Part shown: positions 17,056 to 28,685 of the stretch, piece after piece | How the letters are laid out: each line of letters starts with the position of its first letter | Numbering within the stretch: position 1 is the first letter of the stretch | Assembly: GCA_965242865.1 (NCBI GenBank) | Contig: CBDETK010000013.1 | Coordinates: 4,384,001 to 4,448,000, forward strand | From: Candidatus Latescibacterota bacterium | GTDB lineage: Bacteria; Latescibacterota; UBA2968; UBA8231 | DNA length: 64,000 nt | Direction: 5' to 3' | The notes under the pieces: model-generated | Databases searched by the model: none | What the model was told of the DNA's origin: nothing | The model's input: only the letters and a program-made list of their open reading frames with translations | Translations under genes and position numbers: made by a program

Positions 17056-19962
17056 ATGAACGGCAACACGACTGAACCCACCCTCAATACCCATCTCGCC
17101 CAACTCTTGCGGCGCAAGGGCCTTGAAGCAGAAAGCGAGCAACGAGTGCGCGACGCCTCGGGCAGATACCATCAGGTCGATGTCCTCATAGAATTGGACG
17201 CCGACGCCATCGCCTTAGAAGCCGAGTTCGCACCGGCGCGTTCGGTGCGCGATGATGCGAGCAAACGCCTCCAACGAAGCTCGCTATACTGGCGCGGCCT
17301 GCCGGTCACCAGCGCGTTCACTGTGATTTACCCAGAATCCATGCGGCGCATCCCCGAAAGCGACGCGGCCAATGCGCTCGCCAATACCCACGATCTCGCG
17401 TTCGCCCAAGGCACTGGTGCCGATGGCGTCATCCATTGGCGGCCAGCCCAGACGGGCAGCGTCCGCGACTTGGCTGAGACGCTGCACAATTTCTGGGTCC
17501 ACACCAGCCAAGCCGTGAACATTCAAGACATGGTAGATATGGCTTCGCAGGCCATTGCCACGGCCGCCGAAACACTGGCGCGGGCACCGAGCCTGCGGCA
17601 AATCGAGAAAGACAGTGACCCCTCGGCCACCTGTGCCCTGATTTGGCTCAACGCGCTCCTCTTTCAAGAAATTCTCGCGAAAGACTTGCTGCCCGAGGCA
17701 CTCCCAGCACCCCACACTGGCCGCCGCATCCCCCGGCCGCAAACCCATGAGGGATCGGTCGATTTACTGCAACAATGGGACTTGATTCTCTCCATCAACT
17801 GGTATCCGATCTTTGACGTGGCCCGCAAAACACTCGCAGAAGTCCCGTCGCCGTTGGATGTGCAGGCGCTGGGCATTCTCAAGCCGTGCGCTAAGGCCAT
17901 GGCTGAAAACCAAGCCATCCGCCGCCACGATGTTATGGGGCGGATATTTCATCGCTTGTTGGAGAGCCGAAAATACTTGGCGACCAACTATACCACCATA
18001 CCAGCGGCTGTTCTATTGGCCGGCCTCGCTTTTGACGACGATTCTCCATTGTGGGGTGGGGTGAAATGGGATGACGCTGAGCGCTTGGGAAAATTTTTGC
18101 GGATCGTCGATCCGGCTTGCGGTAGCGGTACGCTGCTGATGGCCGCGACCCAAGAGATACTCAAGCGATTGCGGCGAACACAACAGGAGTTGGACGGATC
18201 GTTGAAGGCCGTGCTTGAAAACGCTCTCATCGGCTTTGATGTCGTCCCCGGCGCAGTGCATCTGACCGCTACGACGCTTTCCATGGCTGAAACCCGCCAA
18301 GTATTAAAAGGCATCCCCATCTATCGCATGCCGCACGACGTGAACAACTGCATCGCTCGGCTAGGTAGTTTGGATTTCCTCCGCAAGGCCCCGAACTACA
18401 CAAACGCCCGCTCCGAGAGCTTATTCCCCGATCCAGAACAAGAAGCGGTTCGCGTCACTGGGACCGGAGAGCAGTTGCACGATTCCGAAATGTCATACGA
18501 GTGCGATCTCATCATTTCCAATCCGCCGTACACCCGTGCGGGTGGTCCCGGAAGCAGCGACAACACTAGTTGGAATCCGCTGTTTGGGTCTGTGTTGTCG
18601 AGCAAGGACCAAGAACGCATGAATAAGGCACTACGCAAAACGTTAGATGGCACTCCGGCGAGTTTGTACGCCGGTCTTGGCTCCGCGTTTGTGACGCTAG
18701 CGGATGAGCACTTAAAGATCGGCGGGCGGCTCGCTTTTGTTTTGCCCGCTACCGTCTTGACCGGCAGCCGCTGGTCGCCCATCCGCGAGTTGCTGCTCGA
18801 CCGCTACGATATTGAGTGGGTAATCGTCAGCCACGACGACCGCAACCGGACGGCCCGTGCTAGCCTACCCGGCCGCAGTTATGTCGCCTTCTCGGAATCG
18901 ACTCGCATCGCCGAGACGTTGATCGTCGCCACGCGCCGCAATGATTTAGAAAAGGCCAACGGGTGGACGCGATTTGTCAACCTTCGCCGCATCCCGGATG
19001 AACCCATTGCGGCTATAGGACTTGTACGCGCCCTGCTCACGGATCGCACGGACAACGATCTTCAAGAAGATGTCGAATGTTCGGTGATCGACCTTGCTGG
19101 CGTTGAGTGGGGAGAAATCATCGCCGTGCGTCAGCAAATGTTAGATGCTGGCTCATGGGCACACACGACCTTTATTCAAAGCCAACTTGCGACAACTACC
19201 TTGGATTTCCTACACTCGCAAAAGCTCGGATCGGGTCAGATTCCTCTAACCACCTTGGAAACTATCTGCGACTTAGGTCCTTACCACATGCAGATCAAGA
19301 ATCCAACACACGGTCTATTCGACATCGTTGAAACGGATGATCCAACGAGCATGGGCGAACCGGCCGTGTGGCATCATTCAGAAAAAAAGATGACAACATT
19401 AAAAGCGGCTGCGAATGCAAAGTTGCGACGGAAGAGGGGAAAAAGTCGTGCTGAACAAGACAAAATGCTGGAGCAAGCAAGTCATTTGCAGATCGCGTCA
19501 GAGCTGAGACATGCCCCGCAGAGAGTGGCAGCTATCTATACGGAAGAGCCGATGCTCGGCGTTAGCTCATGGATCAGCTTAAAGATGAAGAATCCACGCG
19601 ATGGTGCAGAAGAGGTGCTATGCCTGTGGCTCAACAGCACCCTCGGTTTATTGCTGCGAATCGTTCACGCGAACCGGCCCTATCTCGGCAGAAGCAGGCT
19701 ACCGCACGAGTTAGGGCGCACGTTGCAGGTTATAGACGCGAATCGTCTGACCGACCAACAGTTACAGATAGGAAAGCAGATTTTCGCTGATTTAGCCGCC
19801 AGTCCGCTCGCTGGTTTCGCCAAGCTAACTTCCGACCCTGTTCGCCGCGAGCTAGACCAGCGAATAATGGCAGACCTGCTAGCGCTTCCCGACGCGGCAA
19901 CCACGGTCGAGCAATTGGCAAAAATGCTGGCGCATGAACCACTACTGACGACTCGCCATTAG
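17056..19962 (+). CDS. Fused type IIG-like restriction-modification enzyme (nuclease-like N-terminus, N6-adenine MTase, TRD)
   Basis: Motif I VDPACGSG, motif [15 protein letters not shown]; N-terminal VDVLI...LEAE PD-(D/E)xK-like pattern; lower GC than the flanks. Confidence 0.8.
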   Translation: MNGNTTEPTLNTHLAQLLRRKGLEAESEQRVRDASGRYHQVDVLIELDADAIALEAEFAPARSVRDDASKRLQRSSLYWRGLPVTSAFTVIYPESMRRIPESDAANALANTHDLAFAQGTGADGVIHWRPAQTGSVRDLAETLHNFWVHTSQAVNIQDMVDMASQAIATAAETLARAPSLRQIEKDSDPSATCALIWLNALLFQEILAKDLLPEALPAPHTGRRIPRPQTHEGSVDLLQQWDLILSINWYPIFDVARKTLAEVPSPLDVQALGILKPCAKAMAENQAIRRHDVMGRIFHRLLESRKYLATNYTTIPAAVLLAGLAFDDDSPLWGGVKWDDAERLGKFLRIVDPACGSGTLLMAATQEILKRLRRTQQELDGSLKAVLENALIGFDVVPGAVHLTATTLSMAETRQVLKGIPIYRMPHDVNNCIARLGSLDFLRKAPNYTNARSESLFPDPEQEAVRVTGTGEQLHDSEMSYECDLIISNPPYTRAGGPGSSDNTSWNPLFGSVLSSKDQERMNKALRKTLDGTPASLYAGLGSAFVTLADEHLKIGGRLAFVLPATVLTGSRWSPIRELLLDRYDIEWVIVSHDDRNRTARASLPGRSYVAFSESTRIAETLIVATRRNDLEKANGWTRFVNLRRIPDEPIAAIGLVRALLTDRTDNDLQEDVECSVIDLAGVEWGEIIAVRQQMLDAGSWAHTTFIQSQLATTTLDFLHSQKLGSGQIPLTTLETICDLGPYHMQIKNPTHGLFDIVETDDPTSMGEPAVWHHSEKKMTTLKAAANAKLRRKRGKSRAEQDKMLEQASHLQIASELRHAPQRVAAIYTEEPMLGVSSWISLKMKNPRDGAEEVLCLWLNSTLGLLLRIVHANRPYLGRSRLPHELGRTLQVIDANRLTDQQLQIGKQIFADLAASPLAGFAKLTSDPVRRELDQRIMADLLALPDAATTVEQLAKMLAHEPLLTTRH

Positions 19963-20040
19963 AGCAGGTTTAAGTACGCGACACTTGCTTTAAGCAGTTC
20001 CCGTTGCGTCCGGGATCGAGGGCGTCCCGCCCGCCCTTGA

Positions 20041-20059
20041 CGAGGGCAAGATGCCCTCG
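20041..20059. promoter_or_regulatory. Inverted repeat upstream of the isomerase gene (possible operator)
   Basis: CGAGGGCA-AGA-TGCCCTCG overlapping a TTGACG hexamer. Confidence 0.35.
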
Positions 20060-20142
20060 ATTCCGATACTTGGGAAGCAGGGGCTGGTGTCGCGTAGTAA
20101 AGTCAACCACAAAACCCGCATTCAAGCGGAGGAGAAAAGCTC

Positions 20143-21099
20143 GTGGACCTAAGTTTTATGACCAGCGCCGGCGGCGCCAACCATTGGAGCCTCGACGAAT
20201 GCGCCTGTTGGGCGCGAGCGCACGATTTCGACTGCGTACGCCTGAACGACTCCGGTGCGCTCGATTCGGATCACATTCTAGTGGTCGGCCCGGATGCGGT
20301 GTTGGCGACCCTGCGCCAGCACGGCCTGTATCTCGCCGCCCTCACCGCGCACCACAACCTGCTCGACGACGACCGCGCCCAAGCCCGCGCCGCCCAAGCC
20401 AAGCTGCTCAAGGCGATTGAGTCGGCCCGCGCCCTCGGCTGCCCAGTCGTGGTCACCAGCAGCGGCGCACCCGTGCGCAACGGCCAGTTCTACGGCATGT
20501 TCTCGGCCGAGCCGGGCAACCCCAGCGACCGGTCCGACGAATTAGTGGGCCGCTTCCAAGCCATGTTTGAACCCGTGGTGCAAGCGGCCGAAGCCAGCGG
20601 CGTCCGGCTCGCCCTCGACGTGGCCGTGCGCATGGGCCAAATTGGCTGCAACCCGGAGATGTGGGAAAGAATTCTCAACGCCGTGCCGTCGGATCACCTC
20701 GGCCTGTCCTGCGATCCTTCGCACTGGCTGTGGATGCACATTTTGCCGGTTGAGGACGTCATCCGCGACTTTGCCGGCCATTGGTACTACGCCGATGTCA
20801 AGGACTGCGAGATTAGCCCGCGGATGCTCTATCGCCAGGGCATCATTGGCAACTGGTGGTGGCAATACCGCGTCCCCGGCCGCGGCCAACTCAACTGGAG
20901 CACGATCATCGGCGCGCTGTGGGAATCCGGCTACGACTACGTGTTGTGCGTTGAAAACGAGGACCGCGGCTTTCCCGGGCTAGCGGGCTTTGCCTTTGGC
21001 GGCCGTCACTTGCGCGGCTTGCTGCCGCCCAAGGAAGCGAACTTTAAGCGGCAAGGGCCCCCTTGGAAGACCAGCGGATGGGAGCGCAAGGCCGAGTGA
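20143..21099 (+). CDS. Sugar phosphate isomerase/epimerase family (xylose isomerase-like TIM barrel)
   Basis: GGAG RBS; LGLSCDPSHW, ADVKD, RVPGRG, GYDYVLCVENED. Confidence 0.8.
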   Translation: MDLSFMTSAGGANHWSLDECACWARAHDFDCVRLNDSGALDSDHILVVGPDAVLATLRQHGLYLAALTAHHNLLDDDRAQARAAQAKLLKAIESARALGCPVVVTSSGAPVRNGQFYGMFSAEPGNPSDRSDELVGRFQAMFEPVVQAAEASGVRLALDVAVRMGQIGCNPEMWERILNAVPSDHLGLSCDPSHWLWMHILPVEDVIRDFAGHWYYADVKDCEISPRMLYRQGIIGNWWWQYRVPGRGQLNWSTIIGALWESGYDYVLCVENEDRGFPGLAGFAFGGRHLRGLLPPKEANFKRQGPPWKTSGWERKAE

Positions 21100-21159
21100 A
21101 GGTTGCCGTTGGGACCGTTTGCCCTATTTTGCCACCCTGCAACCAGCCACCGAGGAGCC

Positions 21160-22833
21160 ATGAGCACGGACAACAACCGCGACTTTATCCGCGAAGCCAT
21201 TGACGCCGACCTCAAAAGCGGCCGCTACGGCCGGGTCGTCACCCGCTTTCCACCGGAGCCGAACGCGTACCTGCACATCGGCAGCGCCAAGGCCATCTCG
21301 ATCAACTTCGGCATTGCCGCAGACTACGGCGGCCAGTGCAACCTCCGCTACGACGACACCAACCCCACGCGCGAAGAGCAAGAATACGTGGACTCCATGC
21401 AGGAGGACATTCGCTGGCTCGGCTACGACTGGGGGCCTCAGCCGTACTACGCTTCCGATTACTTCGGCCAGCTCTACGACTGGGCCGTCGTGCTCATCAA
21501 AAAGGGCTTGGCGTACGTGGACGACCAGACTGCGGACGCGATCCGGGAACACCGCGGCACCCTCACCAAGCCGGGCAAAAACAGCCCGTACCGCGACCGC
21601 TCCATCGAGGAAAATCTCCACCTTTTCGAGCAGATGAAAGCCGGCGCGTTCCCCGATGGCAGCCGCGTGTTGCGCGCCAAAATCGACATGGCCTCGCCCA
21701 ACATCAACCTGCGCGACCCGGTCATGTACCGCATCATGCACACCCCCCATCACCGCACCGGCGACGCTTGGTGCATCTATCCGCTCTACGACTGGGCCCA
21801 CGGCCAGAGCGACTCCATTGAGGGCGTTACGCACTCGTTGTGTTCGGACGAATTCATCAACAATCGCCCCCTGTACGATTGGTTCATCCAGCAGCTCGAC
21901 ATCTTTCCCTCGCGCCAAATCGAATTCGCCCGCGGCAACATCACGTACACCGTGTTGTCCAAGCGCTACCTCCGGCAGCTCATCGAGCAAAAGCTAGTGT
22001 CGGGCTGGGACGATCCGCGGCTCTCTACCTTGCGCGGTCTGCGCCGCTTGGGCTGCCCGCCCGAAGCCATTCGCCGCTTCTGGGCCGAATCGGGCGTCGC
22101 CCGCCGCGGCAACAACATCGACATCGCGCTCCTCGAATACTGCATCCGCGACCAGCTCAACAAGACCGCGCCCCGGCGCATGGCCGTGCTCAATCCGCTC
22201 AAGGTCGTCCTCGAAAACTACCCAGCGGACCAAAGCGAAATGCTAACGGCCATCAACAACCCAGAGGACGCAAGCGCCGGCACCCGGTCCATCCCCTTTT
22301 CGCGCCACCTTTACATCGAGCGCGAGGACTTTATGGAAGACCCGCCGCGCAAGTTCTTTCGCCTCGCCCCGGGCCGCGAAATCCGCCTGCGCTACGCCTA
22401 TTTCATCACCTGTACCGAGGTGGTCAAAGACGACCGCGGCGAGGTCGTCGAGCTGCGCTGCACGTACGATCCGGCCACCCGCGGCGGCAACGCCCCCGAT
22501 GGCCGCAAGGTCAAAGCCACCTTGCACTGGGTCTCGGCCCCCCACGCGGTCCCCGCCGAGGTGCGGCTCTACGACCGGCTCTTCAAGGTCGAAAACCCGC
22601 TCAAAGCCCCGCCCGGGGGCACTTGGCTGGACAACCTCAACCCAGACTCGCTCAAAGTCCTCAACCCCTGCTATCTAGAGCCGTCCCTCGTCGATATGGC
22701 CCCGGGGGACTCCTGCCAATTTGAGCGGCTCGGCTACTTCTGCGCCGACTGTGCGGACCACGCCCCGGCCGCGCCCGTCTTCAATCGCACCGTCACCTTG
22801 CGCGACACGTGGGCGCGGCTGCAGAAGCGCTAG
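21160..22833 (+). CDS. glnS: Glutamine--tRNA ligase (GlnRS/YqeY-less type) with non-canonical HIGS motif
   Basis: [63 protein letters not shown]; GAGGAG RBS before ATG 21160. Confidence 0.9.
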   Translation: MSTDNNRDFIREAIDADLKSGRYGRVVTRFPPEPNAYLHIGSAKAISINFGIAADYGGQCNLRYDDTNPTREEQEYVDSMQEDIRWLGYDWGPQPYYASDYFGQLYDWAVVLIKKGLAYVDDQTADAIREHRGTLTKPGKNSPYRDRSIEENLHLFEQMKAGAFPDGSRVLRAKIDMASPNINLRDPVMYRIMHTPHHRTGDAWCIYPLYDWAHGQSDSIEGVTHSLCSDEFINNRPLYDWFIQQLDIFPSRQIEFARGNITYTVLSKRYLRQLIEQKLVSGWDDPRLSTLRGLRRLGCPPEAIRRFWAESGVARRGNNIDIALLEYCIRDQLNKTAPRRMAVLNPLKVVLENYPADQSEMLTAINNPEDASAGTRSIPFSRHLYIEREDFMEDPPRKFFRLAPGREIRLRYAYFITCTEVVKDDRGEVVELRCTYDPATRGGNAPDGRKVKATLHWVSAPHAVPAEVRLYDRLFKVENPLKAPPGGTWLDNLNPDSLKVLNPCYLEPSLVDMAPGDSCQFERLGYFCADCADHAPAAPVFNRTVTLRDTWARLQKR

Positions 22834-22849
22834 GCCAGCCCGGCCGCGC

Positions 22850-23620
22850 ATGCGGGTTTCGCGCATCTTACCGGCCTTACTGCTGGCGGCCTCCGTTGCC
22901 GCCGACGAGGTCCTCGTGCCGGCCGGTCCCTTCACCATGGGCATCGATCACCCGCGCGCCACCGACGAAAAGCCCAGCCGCCCAGTCTATCTCAGCGCCT
23001 TTTCCATCGACCGCTACGAGGTCACCAACGCCCGCTTCGCCGCCTTTGTCGCGGCCACCGGCTACCAGACAGACGCGGAAAAACGCGGCGCTGAAAGGGC
23101 CGATGGCATTAGCTGGCGTCAGCCCCATGGCCCCGGGTCGGCGGCCGCCCCAAGCCATCCCGTCGTCTATGTCAGTTGGCACGATGCCGAAGCGTATTGC
23201 GCGTGGCGCGGCGGCCGGCTGCCCACCGAAGCCGAGTGGGAAAAAAGCGCGCGCGGCCGCGATGGCCGGCTCTGGCCTTGGGGTGCGGCGTTTGCCGCTG
23301 ACCGCGCCAATCTTTGGGGCCCGGAAGACGGCTATGCCGAGTTGGCCCCGGTCGGCTCTTTTCCCGCTGGGGCCAGCCCGTACGGTGCCTTCGACATGGC
23401 CGGTAATGTCTGGGAGTGGTGCGCCGACTGGTACGACGCCACCTATTACGCCACCGCGCCGACCCAAGACCCGCAAGGGCCAGCGACTGGCCGCTTCAAG
23501 GTCTTGCGCGGCGGCTCGTGGATCAACCGAGGCCCCACCCTGCGCAGCATCAACCGCTTCGAGCTCCTGCCGGTAGAGCGCAGTGCCTACATCGGCTTCC
23601 GCTGCGCCCGCTCGCCATGA
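22850..23620 (+). CDS. Exported formylglycine-generating-enzyme-like (SUMF1 fold) protein
   Basis: YEVTN, HPVVYVSWHDA, RLPTEAEWE, DMAGNVWEW, RGGSW, GFRC; signal peptide; lacks the catalytic Cys pair. Confidence 0.85.
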   Translation: MRVSRILPALLLAASVAADEVLVPAGPFTMGIDHPRATDEKPSRPVYLSAFSIDRYEVTNARFAAFVAATGYQTDAEKRGAERADGISWRQPHGPGSAAAPSHPVVYVSWHDAEAYCAWRGGRLPTEAEWEKSARGRDGRLWPWGAAFAADRANLWGPEDGYAELAPVGSFPAGASPYGAFDMAGNVWEWCADWYDATYYATAPTQDPQGPATGRFKVLRGGSWINRGPTLRSINRFELLPVERSAYIGFRCARSP

Positions 23621-25257
23621 CCCGGCTTATCGCGCTGGGCGTCGCGCTGTTAGCGGCCTGCGACGCGCCCGATCCCGTGCGCTTTGCCGAAGTGGGCACG
23701 GCCGCTGGCCTCCGCTTTGAGCTGCGTTCTGGCGGGCAGGTCAAAAACTACATCGTAGAGGCCAAGGGCGGCGGCGGCGCGTTTCTCGACTACGACGGCG
23801 ACGGTTGGCTCGACATCTACTTGGTCAACGGCTCGCGCCTAAAAGGCTATTCCGACTCAGCCCCGACCAACGCCCTCTACCGCAACCTAGGCGACGGCAC
23901 CTTTGAGGACCGCACCCGCTCGGCCGGGGTCGGCGATGCGGGTTGGGGCATGGGCTGCGCGGTGGCCGACTACGACCAAGACGGCGACCTCGACCTGTAC
24001 GTGACCAATTACGGCCCCAACATCCTGTACCGGAACGAGGGCCAAGGCCGATTCCGCGACGTCGGCCAAACCGCCGGCGTCGATCGGGCGGGCTGGAGCA
24101 CGGGGGCTAGCTTTGGCGACTACGATCTGGACGGCGACCTCGACCTCTACGTAGCCCAGTACTTGCACTTTGCGCCCGAGCGCGTTCCGCCCCGGGGCGG
24201 CATGTGGAAGGGGGTTTTAGTCTTTGCGGGACCATCCGGTCTTCCCGGGGCGCAGGATGTCCTGTACCGGAACGAGGGCCAAGGCCGGTTCCGCGACGTC
24301 ACCCGCCAAGCAGGGGTCAGTCAACGGACGCCGACCTACGGCCTAAGTGCCCTTTTTTGCGACTACGACCAAGACGGCGACCCAGACCTCTACGTGGCCA
24401 ATGACTCAGCCCCCAATTTTCTCTATCGGAACGAGGGAAACGGCCAATTCCGCGACGTCGGTGTGGAGGCGGGTGCTGCCCTCAGTGCCGAGGGCGGGGC
24501 GCAAGCCGGCATGGGCATCGCTTACGGGGACTGCGATGGCGATGGCGACGGCGATTTTCTGGTGACCCACTTTGAGGACGACTACAACACCCTGTACCGC
24601 AATCGCAGCGATGGGACCTTTGCCGTGGCCAGTGCTGAGGTCGGCCTCGCCGCGCCAAGCCTGCCCCACTTGGCCTTTGGCGCGTGCTTTTTCGATTACG
24701 ACAACGACCAAGACCAAGACCTCTTCGTCGCCAACGGCCATGTCTATCCCCAAATGCGACACCTGAACCCAGACGGGTACGCCGAGCCGAACCAGCTTTT
24801 TGCCAATCAGGGCCAAGCCGGGGCCTATCGCTTCTCAGAAGTTGCCGCCGGGGACCTAAGCCGCCCGGCCGTCAGCCGCGGGGTCGCCAAGGGGGACTAC
24901 GACAACGATGGGGATGTAGATGTTTTGGTCTGCAACCTCGACGGACCGCCGCACCTGCTGCGCAACGACGGCGGCAACCAGCGCAACTATCTGAGCCTGC
25001 GGTTGGTTGGCACCGCGTCCAATCGCGATGGCATTGGGGCGCGGGTCTCGGTCGTCAGTGGCGGGGTCGAGCAGATCGCCGAGCGGGTCAGTGGCGGCAG
25101 CTTTCTCTCGCACAGCGACGGGCGCGTCCATTTCGGTTTGGGCGCGAACACCGTGGCCGAGCGCGTTGAAATCCACTGGCCTTCGGGCCGCGGCCAGCGC
25201 TTAGAGGACGTGCCCGCGAATCAGTTCTTGGTGGTAGAAGAACCGGGGCCGCCCTGA
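23617..25257 (+). CDS. CRTAC1/ASPIC-UnbV family FG-GAP repeat lipoprotein
   Basis: Lipobox LAAC; repeated DYDxDGDxDLYV; C-terminal SNRDGIGARV...HFGLG...WPSG. ATGA overlap with the upstream gene. Confidence 0.9.
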   Translation: MTRLIALGVALLAACDAPDPVRFAEVGTAAGLRFELRSGGQVKNYIVEAKGGGGAFLDYDGDGWLDIYLVNGSRLKGYSDSAPTNALYRNLGDGTFEDRTRSAGVGDAGWGMGCAVADYDQDGDLDLYVTNYGPNILYRNEGQGRFRDVGQTAGVDRAGWSTGASFGDYDLDGDLDLYVAQYLHFAPERVPPRGGMWKGVLVFAGPSGLPGAQDVLYRNEGQGRFRDVTRQAGVSQRTPTYGLSALFCDYDQDGDPDLYVANDSAPNFLYRNEGNGQFRDVGVEAGAALSAEGGAQAGMGIAYGDCDGDGDGDFLVTHFEDDYNTLYRNRSDGTFAVASAEVGLAAPSLPHLAFGACFFDYDNDQDQDLFVANGHVYPQMRHLNPDGYAEPNQLFANQGQAGAYRFSEVAAGDLSRPAVSRGVAKGDYDNDGDVDVLVCNLDGPPHLLRNDGGNQRNYLSLRLVGTASNRDGIGARVSVVSGGVEQIAERVSGGSFLSHSDGRVHFGLGANTVAERVEIHWPSGRGQRLEDVPANQFLVVEEPGPP

Positions 25258-25452
25258 GCTTACGGATGCCAATGCAAAAGTCTGGGGAGGTTGGACAGCC
25301 ATATCCTCGGACTCTCTGACCGATTCTCTCTTCGCCTCAACGATTGATTGGGTATAGGTCAGACATAGCAATAACTTCGCGTCCTCAACTTCACCCCGCC
25401 GCATCTCTTTTGTCAGCAGAGTTGCCGAAAAAAGGTAAAACGCGACGGCCTC

Positions 25453-26727
25453 CTACCAATAGCGCAGCGCGTCCGCAAAAATCCCCGCCAGTGCCTCGGC
25501 GTTAGCGGGGCGCGGCGAGAGCTTGGTCACCCGGTGCTGCGGCAGCGTGCCCTTGACCAGTGCCGGGATGTGCTGGGGGCCGTAGCCGAGCGCGCTGAGG
25601 CCGTTGGGCGCGTCGAGTCGGCGCATCAGCGCGACGATGCGGTCGGCCAAAATCGCGCCCGCGTCCTCGTCGTCAGCGCCGCGGCAATCGGCTCCCAAGA
25701 CCGCTGCGGCCCGCAGATGCCGCTGGGGGCTGGCCGGCGCGGTAAAGCGAAAAACGGCCGGCGCGTTGACGATCACGGCAAACCCGTGCGGCACCAGCGG
25801 GTAATCAACCGCGTATCCAGCCGGCACATAGCTTTCCACCATGCCAGCCACCGGATAGGACATGCCGTGCGGCAAGTGGACGCCGGCGTTGCCAAAACCA
25901 ATGCCGGCGAGGGCCGCGGCCAAGCTCATCGCGCTGCGAGCCTCGTCGTCGCTGGGGTCGGCCACGGCGCGGGGCAGAAATCGCGCCACCAACCGCAAAG
26001 CCTCCAACGCCCACAAGTCGCTGATGGGATTGGAGCCTTGGTAGGCCGGTCGCAGTTGGGGCCGGTCGGGGCGGGGACGTTGGTCAAACGGCAGGGCCGT
26101 GTACGACTCCAAGGCATGTGAGAGCACGTCGAGGCCGGTGGCCGCGGCCACCGGCCTCGACGTGGAGCGCGTGTTGTCTGGATCGACGATCCCCAGCGTT
26201 GGGCGCATATAGCGGTGGGCCATGCCGGTCTTGGCCTTCATCGCGAGGAAGTCGAAAATCGCCACGCCCGTCGTCTCGCTGCCGGTGCCAGCCGTGGTGG
26301 GAACGGCGATGAGCGGCTTGAGCGGGCCGGGCACGGGCACCCCCCGGCCAATTGGCGCGTTGACGTACGCGAGGAAGTCGGCCGGATACGTGGTGTACAC
26401 GTTGGCCGCTTTGGCCGTGTCCATCACCGACCCGCCGCCGACTGCGACAAACCCGTCAAACCCTTGTTGGGCGTACGCAATCGCGGCCTTGAACGAGGCG
26501 TCGGTCGGCTCGACGCGCACTTGGTCGAACAGCGCGTACTCGACGCCCGCCTCTGCAATGGCCGCCAAGGCTGTCTGCACCGGCGCTTGCGCACGCAAGT
26601 TTGGATCGGTCAAAACCAAGACCCGCTTCAGCCCCCAGTCCTTTAGGTCCATGCCGATCTCCTGAGTGGTGCCCGGGCCAAAGCGGATGTTGGAGGTGGC
26701 GATTTCGTAGGCCGTGTCACAAAGCAT
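25453..26727 (-). CDS. Hydroxyacid-oxoacid transhydrogenase (ADHFE1/HOT, Fe-ADH family)
   Basis: GGGSVMDTAKAAN, YVNAPIGRG, PTTAGTGSETTG, RPAYQGSNPISD, GNAGVHLPHGMSY. Confidence 0.9.
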   Translation of the reverse strand: MLCDTAYEIATSNIRFGPGTTQEIGMDLKDWGLKRVLVLTDPNLRAQAPVQTALAAIAEAGVEYALFDQVRVEPTDASFKAAIAYAQQGFDGFVAVGGGSVMDTAKAANVYTTYPADFLAYVNAPIGRGVPVPGPLKPLIAVPTTAGTGSETTGVAIFDFLAMKAKTGMAHRYMRPTLGIVDPDNTRSTSRPVAAATGLDVLSHALESYTALPFDQRPRPDRPQLRPAYQGSNPISDLWALEALRLVARFLPRAVADPSDDEARSAMSLAAALAGIGFGNAGVHLPHGMSYPVAGMVESYVPAGYAVDYPLVPHGFAVIVNAPAVFRFTAPASPQRHLRAAAVLGADCRGADDEDAGAILADRIVALMRRLDAPNGLSALGYGPQHIPALVKGTLPQHRVTKLSPRPANAEALAGIFADALRYW

Positions 26728-26798
26728 GGCGTCGTCCTTTCGGGCGGGGAATATAGGGTTGACGCGAAGGGGGAGGCAAGGCTAGTTAAAAGAGCTTT
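26693..26798. repeat. Left direct repeat of the RM island (5' end of hot plus divergent promoter region)
   Basis: 26721-26798 matches 30904-30981 at 76/78; weaker similarity extends to 26693/30876. Confidence 0.9.
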
Positions 26799-26870
26799 CA
26801 TGGCCTCTCAGCACCTGCGATTACTAACGCCGCCCGTCGCCAGACTATTCCCGCTTTTCGCGAAAAGGGG

Positions 26871-28652
26871 GCACTCGCGGCCAACTTCCGGGGCTATGAC
26901 ATTTCGCCCGATATGGTGCGGCTGTCGCTGGTGAATCTGTATCTGCACGGCTTTGTCGAGCCGCATATTGCCGAATACGATACCTTGACCAGCGAGGAGC
27001 GTTGGAACGAGTATGCCGACGTGATTTTGGCCAATCCGCCGTTTATGTCGCCCAAGGGGGGCATTCGCCCGCACAGCCGCTTTTCGGTCCAGTCCAAGCG
27101 CAGCGAAGTGCTGTTTGTCGATTACATTGCCGAGCATCTGACGCCTGCGGGTCGGGCGGGGATCATCGTGCCGGAGGGGATTATCTTTCAGAGCCAGCGT
27201 GCCCACAAGCAGTTGCGAAAGATGCTGGTGGAGAATTATCTGGTCGCGGTGGTCTCGCTGCCGGCGGGGGTGTTTCAGCCGTATTCCGGGGTTAAGACTT
27301 CCATCCTGATTCTGGACCGATCGCTTGCGACAAAGGCCGATCACATCGCCTTTTTCAAGGTAGAAAACGATGGGTTTGATTTGGGGGCGCAGCGGCGAGA
27401 GATTGTGGAGAATGATTTACCGCAGGTGCGGGCGGAGCTTGGCGAATACTTGCGCCGTTTGCACACAGGAGAATCTGTGGCAGACTTCGCGCCGACGTTG
27501 GGACTGGTCGGTGAAAAAGAAAGAGTTGCGGAGGGTGGGGAATACAATCTGAGTGGGGAAAGGTATCGGGAGAGTGGAGCAAGACAGTCTAATTGGCCGG
27601 TGGTCTCGTTAGGAGAGCAAGAGATTTTCAGCATTGAAAGTGGTGGCACACCCAAGTCAGGAATCGAGGAATACTGGGATGGTGGCATACCTTGGTTCAC
27701 GCTGGTTGATTTGCCAGCAGGCGATTTCATCACAGAAATTACCGACACGCAGAGGACGATAAGCGAGAAGGGCTTGCGGAACTCGGCTGCAAAGATGCTT
27801 CCTGCCAACTCCGTTGTTGTTTCATCAAGAGCGACTATTGGTCGAATCGGTATCAATCGCATCCCTCTCGCCACCAACCAAGGCTTCAAAAGTGTCGTCA
27901 TCAAAGATACAAATAGAGCCATTCCTGAATACGTTGCATTGGCATTGACGAAATTGGTGCCGACAATGCAAGCCCAAGCCAGCGGGTCAACGTACAAAGA
28001 AATTATCAAGTCAAGGTTCAGTGAACTAAGCATCCCTCTGCCGCCGCTGGAAGTACAGCGAGAAATCGTCGCGGAGATTGAGGGCTATCGGCGGGTGATA
28101 GAGGGGGCACGGGCGGTGGTGGAGAACTGGCAGCCGCAGATTGCGATTGATCTGGGGTGGCCGATGGTGGCGCTGGGAGAAATCATCTCTTTGGAATACG
28201 GCAAATCACTCAAAGCCGAAAACCGAATTGAAGGACCATATCCGGTATATGGATCAAATGGAATCGTCGGTTATCACAATGAATGTTTGATTGAGGGACC
28301 AGCCATCATTGTAGGACGAAAAGGTTCTGCGGGTGCCGTCAATTTTTGCGAGACGCCGTGTTATCCAATAGATACGACATTCTTTGTCCGTATCAGAGAG
28401 CGACAGCGGCTTGATGTCCTATTCTGCTACTATCAGATGCTTGAGCTTGAGTTGGACAAAGTAAATGTTCAGTCTGGTGTTCCGGGTCTAAATCGGAACG
28501 ATGCGTACCGCAAAACGATAGCTGTACCGCCCCTTAAAACTCAGCAAGCCATCGTCGCCGAGATAGAGGCGGAACAGGCATTGGTGGATGGCAACCGAGC
28601 GTTGATCGAGCGACGCGATGTGGTGGGACGGGTGTGGGGGGAGGGGGAATAG
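26871..28652 (+). pseudogene. 5'-truncated type I-like HsdM-HsdS fusion
   Basis: Begins mid-MTase (NFRGYDISPDMVRL, LANPPF, IIVPEG, GVFQPYSGVKT) with no motif I upstream before an in-frame stop. Two TRDs follow (SGGTP...SRATIGR...TNQGF; YGSNG...GRKGSAG) with PLPPLEVQ/VPPLKTQ spacers. Confidence 0.75.
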
Positions 28653-28685
28653 ACTAAAAGCTGATTGGGAAGTTGATCAGTTCGG

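Noticed and set aside
22850-23620. Active formylglycine-generating enzyme
   Set aside because: It lacks the catalytic Cys pair after RGGS, and no sulfatase is adjacent.
25201-25452. 67-aa minus-strand ORF with IVEAKRE (nuclease-like)
   Set aside because: Too short and weak to assign; kept only as a lower-GC filler.
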